This document shows, piece by piece, positions 24,394 to 33,188 of a DNA stretch of 47,435 nt; within the stretch, counting starts at the first letter, position 1, and each line of letters opens with the position of its first letter. Under the pieces are notes generated by a model that saw only the letters and a list, made by a program, of their open reading frames with translations, did no database searches and had not been told where the DNA came from. Location of the stretch: contig CAMYIF010000005.1 of NCBI GenBank assembly GCA_947258415.1, positions 1 to 47,435 on the forward strand, given 5' to 3'. The DNA comes from an uncultured Pseudomonadales bacterium (lineage in GTDB: Bacteria > Pseudomonadota > Gammaproteobacteria > Pseudomonadales > IMCC2047). The position numbers and the translations under genes are program-made.

Positions 24394-24409
24394 TGCGTTT
24401 CCTGAAATT

Positions 24410-24486
24410 GCGCCCGTAGCTCAGCTGGATAGAGTAGTGGCTTCCGAAGCCATTGGTCGCAGGTTCGAATCCTGCCGGGCGCGCCA
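24410..24486 (+). tRNA. tRNA-Arg(CCG)
   Basis: Cloverleaf GCGCCCG...; anticodon arm GTGGC-TTCCGAA-GCCAT; GGTTCGAATCC; encoded CCA; 77 nt. Confidence 0.97.
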
Positions 24487-24550
24487 AAAATTAAATGTAC
24501 ATGGGCCCTATTGTGTATAAAATGGTGCCTGCATTTAATACTTCAATTAC

Positions 24551-24627
24551 GCCTCCGTAGCTCAGCTGGATAGAGTAACCGGCTTCGAACCGGTTGGTCG
24601 GGAGTTCGAATCTCTCCGGGGGCGCCA
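24551..24627 (+). tRNA. tRNA-Arg(TCG)
   Basis: Acceptor GCCTCCG/CGGGGGC, anticodon arm ACCGG-CTTCGAA-CCGGT, T arm GGGAG-TTCGAAT-CTCTC, encoded CCA; 77 nt. Confidence 0.95.
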
Positions 24628-24693
24628 TATTTTGATCCTGAGAATTTCCTTATAGGCTGTTGTGCTTGCAGAAGCTGGCAATTAGAGACAGGT

Positions 24694-27600
24694 CTAGACT
24701 GTGTTCTTGTTAAAAACCAGGAATGATTTTTCAAATTCTTCCGCAGAAACAGGCTTGCCGAGATAATAACCCTGCATGTAGTTACATTTTTTCTCGGTTA
24801 AATATTCTTTCTGCAATTTGGTTTCAACACCTTCGGCAATGACTTTTACGCCCAGGCTATGCGCCAGGGTGATAATGGTGGTAACAATGTCGCCATCGAC
24901 TTTATCGCTGGTGATATTCGATACGAAGGCGCGGTCAATTTTCAACAGGTCGATGGGGAATTTTTTCAAATAATTCAGCGATGAATAACCCGTACCGAAA
25001 TCATCAATTGCCAGCATAACCCCCATATTTTTAAGCTGTTTAAGCGTTTCAATAACCTGTTCAGCGTTTTTCATAATGGTGCTTTCGGTAATCTCCAGCT
25101 CCAGGAAATGGGCAGGCAAACCGGTCTCATTGAGTATTTCTGCAACGTGAGTCGTTATATCACCTTTATCGAGCTGACGCCCGGCCAGGTTGACCGCTAT
25201 CCTGATCGGTGACTGACCCTTGTCCAGCCACTGCTTCAACTGCGCGCAGGCTTCTCTCATAACGAATTCACCCAATTCAAAAATCTGCCCCGTTTCTTCG
25301 GCCAGTGGTATGAACTCCATTGGGCTAACCAGGCCGCGCTCCGGATGTTGCCAACGCACCAGCGCCTCCATGCCGATCAACTCCCCGGTTTGAAGGTCTT
25401 CCTGTGGTTGGTAATAAACAACCATTTCATTTCGGGCAATGGCGCCGCGCAAATCAATTTCTATCCCCAGGCGACGCGCAACATCTGCTTCCATTTTTTG
25501 TTCATAAAACTCGTAACAATTTCCTTTTTCCTTGGCTCGGTACATAGCGATGTCGGCATTTTTTAGCAATACACCAATTTCTTCTCCGTCGTTCGGGTAT
25601 AACGAAATGCCGATACTGGTTTTTACGTGCATTTCCTTGCCCAGGAAAACGAACGGTCGCGACAGGGTATCGTGAATTTTTGAAGCAATTTTCTCTACGG
25701 CCGAGAATGACTTTATCCTGTTCAATACGATGGTGAATTCATCGCCGCCAAACCTTGAGACAATATCCCCTTGCCTGAGGCATCGTTGCAGGCGCTCGGC
25801 GACGACCTTGAGCAACAGGTCACCGGCATCATGACCGAAGGTGTCGTTCACCAGCTTGAAGCGATCCAGATCAAGAAACAGGATCGCAGCCATATTTTCT
25901 TCTGACATCTCTTCGAGAGTTTTCGTTAATTGCTCGGTAAACAGTGTCCGGTTTGGCAAACCGGTAAGGGTATCGTTATAGGCGAGCTTAAGCACATGTT
26001 TTTCAGCTCGACTGGCCTGCAGAATACGCGCGATACGTTTGCGAAGTACGGCAAAATTAACCGGTTTGGATATGTAATCGGTCGCCCCCGCCGCAAAGGC
26101 CCGACCAATGGATGTTTCATCGTTAAGGGAGGTAATGATCAGCACCGGGACATGCTTGCCGCCAGCCAGGGACTGAATTTCCGAACAGGCCTTGAAGCCA
26201 TCCATTTCAGGCATAATGGCATCCATGAGTACAAGTTCAGGCAAAAAGCGTTCACAGTAAGCCAGTGCCTGCTCTCCATTGTTTACATGGTCGACACGAT
26301 ATCCATCCTTTTCCAGCACTTTTCGCATGGCAAAACGCATGCCGCGATCATCGTCGACTATTAGTATTCTCTGCTGGCTATGATCCATGGCCGGGCTTTC
26401 GCTAATACCATAGAGCAGCTCATACGACTGATCCTGTTCGGCAGGATCTTTATCGGGACGGACTTTTCTTTCCAGTGCAAGCTGCAATAGTCCACACTCA
26501 GCGATAACCTTATCCATTAATTCTTCAACGCCCTGGTTATCACTCGCCCTGCTTTTAGCTTCGAGCTCGGCGCATACTTTGGTGAGGCGATGCGCACCGA
26601 AATTACCGGCAGCGCCCTTGATGCTGTGGGCAAAATCTCCGCTGGCCTGACTATCCTTAACCTTGACAGCATCTTTCAGTGAACGAATATAGGAAGGCAT
26701 ATCGTCAAGGAATACCTTGACCATTGTTGGCAGGGCAGCGCCAATTTGCTTGCGCAATTCATTGAAAACCTGCACGTCGATTACTTCATTGTCTACCTCT
26801 TTTACATCACAGACTGCGACCTCATTTTCCGAACTGATATTCCCGGTTTCGGCGCTAACAAATTCTTTAACTTCAAGCCACTTGCTCAGGGTAGCCCGCA
26901 GGCACTCAAGTTTTAAAGGTTTGGGCAAATAATCGTTCATTCCAACAGCAAGGCATTTTTTGCTTTCGCCTTTTTGAACATTCGCGGTCATGGCAACAAT
27001 CGGCACCCTGGAAGAATCGGTTTCAAGGCGCCTGATTTGCGAGGTCGCCTCATAACCATCCATTTCTGGCATATGGCAGTCCATGAGAATCAGGTTGAAT
27101 GTTTCCCTGGAAAGAATTTCCAGTGCTTCGCGTCCATTATTTACATAAGCCGATTTACACCCCAGTCGCTCCAGCATTCCGCTTGCGACTTGTTGATTGG
27201 CTCGATTATCTTCGACAATCAATATCTTGTTGCCGCCAAAAGTTTCTATTTTACTCGTATTCGCATTCCCTCCATCGACCCGAGTATCCTTATCTTCAAC
27301 AAATTCAAGTTTGCGATACAATGCATCGATTTTGTCGGCCAGGTCTTTAAACAACACCGGCTTGGACAGGAAGCCGGCAATATTTAAACGGTGCGTGTCT
27401 TCGTAGGTTGGATTAACCCTGTTGACCATCATCAGGACTTTAGTATTTGCAATCGAAGGCTCGTTAACAATCAGGTGCGCAAGGTCAGAGCCTTTCAGGC
27501 CGGGCATGACTTCGTCCATCAATACAAGGTTATAATTTTGATGATTTGCTGCCGACAATCGGAGTTTATCCAGGGCAACCGCACCATTCTCCGCGATATC

Positions 27601-29232
27601 GTAGGGAATTTTTAGTCGTTCCAGCATGCCGCCCAGGTAACGACGGTTGAGCGGGCTATCGTCGACTACAAGCACGCGCAACTTCTCCGGCTCGGATATC
27701 GTTTCGTGGCTGGGCACAGGCGCGTCAACCTGGACCGGAACCGGCAGGGTAAACCAGAATTCGCTGCCTTTACCCTGTTCGCTTTCAACGCCGATTTCAC
27801 CCCCCATAAAATGTATAATTTGCCTCGATATAGCCAACCCCAATCCCGTCCCGCCATACTTCCGCGTGGTAGAACCGTCTGCCTGGGAAAAAGCTTCAAA
27901 TATTTTTTCCCTGACTTGTTCCGTCATCCCTATACCTGTATCGGTAACCTTAAATAAAAGCTCGAGATGATCCTCGTGCTTCTGTTTCAGACTGACCTCG
28001 ATTCCCACTTCACCCCGATCGGTAAACTTAAGCGCATTGCCAACCAGGTTAATTAATACCTGGCGCAAGCGTCCAATGTCGCATTGCAAGTTGACGGGAA
28101 CCTCGCTGCCCAGGATATAAGCGATATCGATATCCTTACGTTGCGCCTGGGTACTAAGCAATAAGATAATATCCTCGAGCAGGGCATCCAGATCAAACGA
28201 CACATTTTCAGAATTAATTTTCCCCGAGTCGATCTTGGAGAAATCGAGAATATCGTCAATTAAAAGCAACAATGATTCTGCGGAATCACTGGCAATATCA
28301 ATATACTCGGTCTGCTTTTCGTTTAAGCCCATGTCTTCGAGCAACTCGAGCATACCCAGCACGCCGTTTAACGGAGTGCGCAATTCATGGCTTACATTTG
28401 CAGCGAATTCGCCTTTAACGCGCGCCGCCTCGAGCGCCAAATCCCGGGTTCCCCTGAGCTCCTCTTCGCGTGCGTCCAGCACGTTCATCATCTGGTTAAA
28501 CGCAATTTCCATTTCAATGACGTCGCGCGTACCCTTGATATCGGCCCGGATATCTTTTTCACCCTCTTTGGCGCGGCCCATGATGGTTGCCAAGTCCCTT
28601 ATCGGGTTAGTTATACGCGTGGTAATTGCTAAAAGTATAACAAGCAGCAATGCGGCAAGGGCCAGCGATACCAGCAGGTTGTAACGGAAAATATCTGCTT
28701 CCATACGATGTATGGATTCTTTGCCCAGCACAATTCGCACATAACCGACCAGTTCGGCCTGCGCCTCCTGGCCTAAAAAGGGTGAATCATCTTCAACCTG
28801 GGTACCGGTATAAACGGGCGAAACAAAATGCCAATGCTCGCTGTTTTCCGAGACAAGGCTCAATGAATCTGGCCAACTCGAATCTTGTTCCAGTTGGTTA
28901 ACTTTTTTGTCGGTTCCGTAGAGGAGTTTTTTCTCGTTATCGAAAATGCTTACTTCTACCAGGTCTGGAAAAGCAAGCATGGTGTCAGCTATGTACTTGG
29001 CTTCTGATTCGCTGAGGTAGAGCAGGGAAACGCGACTGCGTTCTGCAGTCGTTTTAGTCAGGTTTAAACCTTCCTGCAGCAATCGATCGCTAACCGAGCG
29101 AGTGGACAGCGTTGTCGTCACCATAGTAGTGATTAACGCAAGCAGTAAAATCCCGATGCTAAAGGTCCAAACCAGAAGCTTTCTGAATCCTACGCGATTA
29201 ATCCATTTATTTGGTAACGATTTCATGGTCAT
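24694..29232 (-). CDS. Membrane hybrid sensor: 2TM/periplasmic-HAMP-HisKA-HATPase-REC-REC-HPt-REC-GGDEF-EAL
   Basis: SHELRTPLNG, NLVGNALKFT, DTGIG, GGTGLGL; three receivers (LMDEVMP, LMDCHMP, LMDAIMP, each with KP); HPt AHSIKGAAGNFGA; RFGGDEF; EALVRW, DDFGTGYSS. Confidence 0.93.
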   Translation of the reverse strand: MTMKSLPNKWINRVGFRKLLVWTFSIGILLLALITTMVTTTLSTRSVSDRLLQEGLNLTKTTAERSRVSLLYLSESEAKYIADTMLAFPDLVEVSIFDNEKKLLYGTDKKVNQLEQDSSWPDSLSLVSENSEHWHFVSPVYTGTQVEDDSPFLGQEAQAELVGYVRIVLGKESIHRMEADIFRYNLLVSLALAALLLVILLAITTRITNPIRDLATIMGRAKEGEKDIRADIKGTRDVIEMEIAFNQMMNVLDAREEELRGTRDLALEAARVKGEFAANVSHELRTPLNGVLGMLELLEDMGLNEKQTEYIDIASDSAESLLLLIDDILDFSKIDSGKINSENVSFDLDALLEDIILLLSTQAQRKDIDIAYILGSEVPVNLQCDIGRLRQVLINLVGNALKFTDRGEVGIEVSLKQKHEDHLELLFKVTDTGIGMTEQVREKIFEAFSQADGSTTRKYGGTGLGLAISRQIIHFMGGEIGVESEQGKGSEFWFTLPVPVQVDAPVPSHETISEPEKLRVLVVDDSPLNRRYLGGMLERLKIPYDIAENGAVALDKLRLSAANHQNYNLVLMDEVMPGLKGSDLAHLIVNEPSIANTKVLMMVNRVNPTYEDTHRLNIAGFLSKPVLFKDLADKIDALYRKLEFVEDKDTRVDGGNANTSKIETFGGNKILIVEDNRANQQVASGMLERLGCKSAYVNNGREALEILSRETFNLILMDCHMPEMDGYEATSQIRRLETDSSRVPIVAMTANVQKGESKKCLAVGMNDYLPKPLKLECLRATLSKWLEVKEFVSAETGNISSENEVAVCDVKEVDNEVIDVQVFNELRKQIGAALPTMVKVFLDDMPSYIRSLKDAVKVKDSQASGDFAHSIKGAAGNFGAHRLTKVCAELEAKSRASDNQGVEELMDKVIAECGLLQLALERKVRPDKDPAEQDQSYELLYGISESPAMDHSQQRILIVDDDRGMRFAMRKVLEKDGYRVDHVNNGEQALAYCERFLPELVLMDAIMPEMDGFKACSEIQSLAGGKHVPVLIITSLNDETSIGRAFAAGATDYISKPVNFAVLRKRIARILQASRAEKHVLKLAYNDTLTGLPNRTLFTEQLTKTLEEMSEENMAAILFLDLDRFKLVNDTFGHDAGDLLLKVVAERLQRCLRQGDIVSRFGGDEFTIVLNRIKSFSAVEKIASKIHDTLSRPFVFLGKEMHVKTSIGISLYPNDGEEIGVLLKNADIAMYRAKEKGNCYEFYEQKMEADVARRLGIEIDLRGAIARNEMVVYYQPQEDLQTGELIGMEALVRWQHPERGLVSPMEFIPLAEETGQIFELGEFVMREACAQLKQWLDKGQSPIRIAVNLAGRQLDKGDITTHVAEILNETGLPAHFLELEITESTIMKNAEQVIETLKQLKNMGVMLAIDDFGTGYSSLNYLKKFPIDLLKIDRAFVSNITSDKVDGDIVTTIITLAHSLGVKVIAEGVETKLQKEYLTEKKCNYMQGYYLGKPVSAEEFEKSFLVFNKNTV

Positions 29233-30170
29233 CTATCAGGAAAAATCAAATTAAATTCCCGCATTTGGGAGCGGGTTATTTTTAACTTCAAATGCTCGGC
29301 CGTTCGCACGTTGACGGCAATTAATAGATTTTCCAATGCCTCGACTGTTTTACTTTCACCCCTGGCAACAAGTCCGGCCTTTTTTGACAGGCTTTTACCC
29401 ATCTGGATATTATCCGGGAACAGTGAAAATAATGCGCCACGCTTTACATGCGACGGGTTGCTCGAAAAAACAACCGTGTGCCGGTCCCATGCCTCACTCA
29501 TCAGCCTGGGTAACATGCCTTTTTCGTCCAGGGTTGGGTCCGCCTGTAATAGCCAGATTGCATCAGCCCCGCTTACCTGTTCACTCAGGAGTTTCTGGTA
29601 GGTTTTTGCAGCGTCTCGTGCACCATCGGCCGGCACAGTGACCAACTCCAGATCCAGTTCTTTTGCAGCCTTACTGGCCAATCTAACAAGCCAGCCGTTG
29701 CTTTCTTCGTGGTATACAACAGAAACACGACGAATATCAGGCACCAATTCCTTGAGCTTTGTAAACAGCATTTTCGGCGAAGGTGCCAATGATATCCCGA
29801 CTATTCCATGCTTAATATCCTTATCGGATAAAAGCGCTGCGCCTGTGACAACATTTAAACCGGTGGGTAACTGAGTTACAACAGATTTGACTCGGCTACC
29901 GAGAGAAATGACAACCTCGGGATTTGCTTTATTTAACCAGCTTTCCAGCTCTTCGATATCATCGCCTGCCCGAATTGCGTACATCCGGACCTTGCCATTT
30001 GCCTCGCGCGAAATACCCTTGATGATATCGCCAAAAATACTACGATAGGGCTCGCGCACATCAGGGTATAACACGGCCAGTGTTGGCCCCCTGGCGTTAG
30101 CGCTTAAAGACAATATCAAAGCCGCTATAATACATAACGTTTTGAATGTCAGCCCAATTTTATTCTTCAA
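29229..30170 (-). CDS. Periplasmic ABC-substrate-binding-like protein (orphan, no permease/ATPase in the window)
   Basis: Signal peptide (SANA), LFTKLKELVPDIRRVSVVY, GALFSL, AVNVRTAEHLKL resembling ABC_sub_bind-type proteins; TTG start overlapping the upstream stop. Confidence 0.75.
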   Translation of the reverse strand: MKNKIGLTFKTLCIIAALILSLSANARGPTLAVLYPDVREPYRSIFGDIIKGISREANGKVRMYAIRAGDDIEELESWLNKANPEVVISLGSRVKSVVTQLPTGLNVVTGAALLSDKDIKHGIVGISLAPSPKMLFTKLKELVPDIRRVSVVYHEESNGWLVRLASKAAKELDLELVTVPADGARDAAKTYQKLLSEQVSGADAIWLLQADPTLDEKGMLPRLMSEAWDRHTVVFSSNPSHVKRGALFSLFPDNIQMGKSLSKKAGLVARGESKTVEALENLLIAVNVRTAEHLKLKITRSQMREFNLIFPDR

Positions 30171-32290
30171 CCCCGTTCCCTTTTCCGTAACTCGGATAAA
30201 TTCTTTTTATTAGGTACACAAGAGCACTTTCTGACTTCGGCGAACACACTGCGTCCTGCCTGAGGTAAATCACCGGGTATAGCAACTGTTCCTGTGAGGG
30301 GGTCGTAGAGCGATGGCTCCAGCACCTTGTCATCGGTCAAATTGCGAATCGAAACAGCAACGCTGAGGCCATACGCCAGTTTTTTGCCCCTGAGGGTAAG
30401 GTCAATGGTCGTATAGTCATCAATATCACTACGCATATCACCTGAAGCACGTTTTCTGTCCATCACATGATTGAGCTGGGTATTGATCGACCAATAGTGC
30501 GATAACTCAATATTGGCCTGCAGGTAAATTTGATGTTGCGGTGCATTTGCCGCATCGGTATCGGTCTGTTCATCCTCCGATTTCTGATAGGCGTAGTTAC
30601 CTTTTATTTTCAGCCTGCGCATTGCATCCCAATCAAATTCAAGCTCAAGACCATGGCCAGTCTGGTTGCCGGAATTCTGGGCTACCGGCGTAAACCGGAT
30701 GATGTCCAGGAATTCGTAATAAAACAGGTTCATGCCAAACCGCAGGTCGCTGGTATGGTTGTAGTCAAATGCCAGTTCGTAGGTATCGATCCTTTCAGGG
30801 TCCAGGTTGGGATTACCGATGGCAATCGGGTTGGCCTGGTTAAACTGTTCGGCAAAGGAGGGCGCCCGAAATGCCGAACCGTATAAAAACTTGCTGGTCA
30901 GGTCGATGGTCGTATCCCAAACCAGCGCGAGACGTGGATTGGTCGTGGTACCAAAATCAGAATAATCATCAATTCTCAAACCGGCTGTCAGTGACCAGTC
31001 GCGGACAAAATCCCATTCGTCCTGAACAAAAACATACCTGACTGTTCGGTCCTCTTCCCGGTTAAAAATGGCCGCGCCACTGACGGGCATCACTGAACCC
31101 AGAAATGGCGGCGGGAACCCTGCACCAAAGTTTTTAGATTCTTCGATTCGGTATTGATCCAGCAGGTGATAGCCGGTGCCAATGCGAATCACATGATTTT
31201 CAAAACCGGTATAGAAGGTCGACAGGTCAAAACGGTAGTGCCGCTCGTAGTAGTCGGGGTTCCCGATAACCCCGTTAGGGAATGTGCCAAAGGCACCCGG
31301 AGGGTAGAGTTCCAGGTCCAGTTGCGTGGCCACATCATAAAAGCTGAAGCGGGTTTCCAGCTCCCAGTGTTCGTAGATTTCCGGATTTAGGTAAGTCACA
31401 TCCAGGTTGAACCGGTCGCTATTGCCTTCACCTTCGGTGTCCAGCGCTTGCGCTGCGCCACTACCGGTTTCAATATCTCGCCGTCCCTGGTAGCCCAGGC
31501 GAATACGCCAATACTCCTTGCTCAGGTCGATACGGGCATCGATGGATTCCCTGCCGGTATTGACACCACCAGGGGCCAGCGAGGCAGATGTTGCGAACAG
31601 GCCGTCAAAAGCAGTCTGGGCATCGGCGCCTATTTTTTCGTCATGACCTGAGGTATCGAGCAATTCCAGCGAAAATGCCACATCCCAACCTCTGACTTCA
31701 GTCCCGTAAAGGGCCCATGCTCGATGCTCATCGAAGCTGCCCGCCGAAATACCGGTTTCAACGCCATTAATTTCGTCGGCTGTTTTGGTGACAATATTGA
31801 TGGTACCGGCAAAGGCATCGGCGCCGTAGACGGCAGAACCCGGTCCGCGGATAACCTCAATCCTGGAAATATTTTCAACCGGCATCCCGCCCCAGGCTTC
31901 ACCCCTGTTGCCAAAAAGCAACTGGGTGGTTGGTATACCATTGATCAGCACAAGTACTTGCGGGTTAAATTCGGAATAGATTCCCCGGAAAGTAAAAATC
32001 GGCTCATAACCGGCGCCTTTCCTGGCGACATGAACGCCGGGCACCGATTCGAGTACTTCTGTTATGTCCCTGGCTCCCGTCTGCTGAATTTCTTCGGCCG
32101 TAATCAGCGTGGTAACCGCTGGCGCTTTTGAAATTAGTTGTTTTCTGCCAGTAGCGATGGAAACAAAATCCTCATCGCCGTACGAAAGTAATAAATCATT
32201 TCCTTCTACAACCTGATTTCCATATCCGTATTGGGAAAAACCGAGCAGGCAAATAATGCCACCCAAAAAGCACGGAATGTGATTTTTCAT
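30167..32290 (-). CDS. TonB-dependent outer membrane receptor
   Basis: Signal peptide, plug motifs (APAVTTLITAEEI, RIEVIRGPGSAVYGADAFAGTINIVTK), barrel motifs (AFRAPS, NPNLDPE, IRNLTD, GRSVFAEV). Confidence 0.93.
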   Translation of the reverse strand: MKNHIPCFLGGIICLLGFSQYGYGNQVVEGNDLLLSYGDEDFVSIATGRKQLISKAPAVTTLITAEEIQQTGARDITEVLESVPGVHVARKGAGYEPIFTFRGIYSEFNPQVLVLINGIPTTQLLFGNRGEAWGGMPVENISRIEVIRGPGSAVYGADAFAGTINIVTKTADEINGVETGISAGSFDEHRAWALYGTEVRGWDVAFSLELLDTSGHDEKIGADAQTAFDGLFATSASLAPGGVNTGRESIDARIDLSKEYWRIRLGYQGRRDIETGSGAAQALDTEGEGNSDRFNLDVTYLNPEIYEHWELETRFSFYDVATQLDLELYPPGAFGTFPNGVIGNPDYYERHYRFDLSTFYTGFENHVIRIGTGYHLLDQYRIEESKNFGAGFPPPFLGSVMPVSGAAIFNREEDRTVRYVFVQDEWDFVRDWSLTAGLRIDDYSDFGTTTNPRLALVWDTTIDLTSKFLYGSAFRAPSFAEQFNQANPIAIGNPNLDPERIDTYELAFDYNHTSDLRFGMNLFYYEFLDIIRFTPVAQNSGNQTGHGLELEFDWDAMRRLKIKGNYAYQKSEDEQTDTDAANAPQHQIYLQANIELSHYWSINTQLNHVMDRKRASGDMRSDIDDYTTIDLTLRGKKLAYGLSVAVSIRNLTDDKVLEPSLYDPLTGTVAIPGDLPQAGRSVFAEVRKCSCVPNKKNLSELRKRERG

Positions 32291-32375
32291 TAACCCTCAC
32301 CTCAACTTACTGGGTATTACACCGAATATTTACAAACTTATTTTTATAGCTGTTTCATTAGTTTAGTCGGTATTT

Positions 32376-33188
32376 CTAGTTTTCCCATTTCCTTTGAGGT
32401 TTTCCTTCGTATGAAATGCGCTTGCACCTGAGCGGGAAGAAGGTTCCGGCGGGTTTATCAACGGCATCGATGTAACAGGCCATCATGCCAGCAGAATATA
32501 TCACAGCGCCCATTCGATAAAACTCTTTAGCTGTCAGCCCCTGATCTGCATATAACGCTGATGCAAAACCAGCGATATTGAGTTTCGTTCTATAGCGCAT
32601 TTTGATAAGTATTTTTTCTATTTCAAAGGCGAGCTTTACATGCGGGCCGTCGGAAGCACCCAACTCTTCCGCCAACCTTAATGCAACAGGAACCCTTTCA
32701 TCATTATTGGTTATTGGCCGACCAAAACCATAGGGCACGTTTTTACTAGCATCTATTTCATGCTTAACGACATCTACCAGTTCCTTGCCTTCGTCCACTA
32801 CTAATGTTTTAACCCGTGTAATAAAGTCCGCAGCAGCAAAACTTGCTTGCCCTCCGAAAAATTTGCTTTCAGATATCGCGGTTCCACAGGCTATTGCTAA
32901 CATACCCGTTGTTTTGGCAGATCCCGATATTGCCGCAACCCGATTGTTCCAGATTCTCGGTTCGGGGAAGCTGGTGCAAATGGCCCAGGTTCGGCTAAAA
33001 AGCTCGATTTGTTTTTTGCTAAGAAACTTGCCGGTGATGCTAAAAAACCAGATTTCAACCCAGTCTTTATCAAAAAATTCGGTAAACACATCCAGGCCCC
33101 TGAACACCACCCGTTCGCCCGCAAACCAGGCACCCATATCGGTTTCCCAGTTGTCTTCTCTCTCGATTAAAGTATCCGGTCCTTTCAT
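32376..33188 (-). CDS. Citrate synthase/citryl-CoA lyase-fold protein B, catalytic residues divergent
   Basis: RVVFRGLDV, FFGGQA, PYGFGRP, DERV, LNIAG align by eye with the YRG, HGGA, GFGH, DPR and NVD motifs of the fold. Confidence 0.7.
   Translation of the reverse strand: MKGPDTLIEREDNWETDMGAWFAGERVVFRGLDVFTEFFDKDWVEIWFFSITGKFLSKKQIELFSRTWAICTSFPEPRIWNNRVAAISGSAKTTGMLAIACGTAISESKFFGGQASFAAADFITRVKTLVVDEGKELVDVVKHEIDASKNVPYGFGRPITNNDERVPVALRLAEELGASDGPHVKLAFEIEKILIKMRYRTKLNIAGFASALYADQGLTAKEFYRMGAVIYSAGMMACYIDAVDKPAGTFFPLRCKRISYEGKPQRKWEN

Noticed and set aside
32291-32375. Internal sigma28 promoter or Fur box before the TonB receptor
   Set aside because: A CCGACTAA-like -10 lacks a properly spaced -35, and there is no convincing Fur palindrome.
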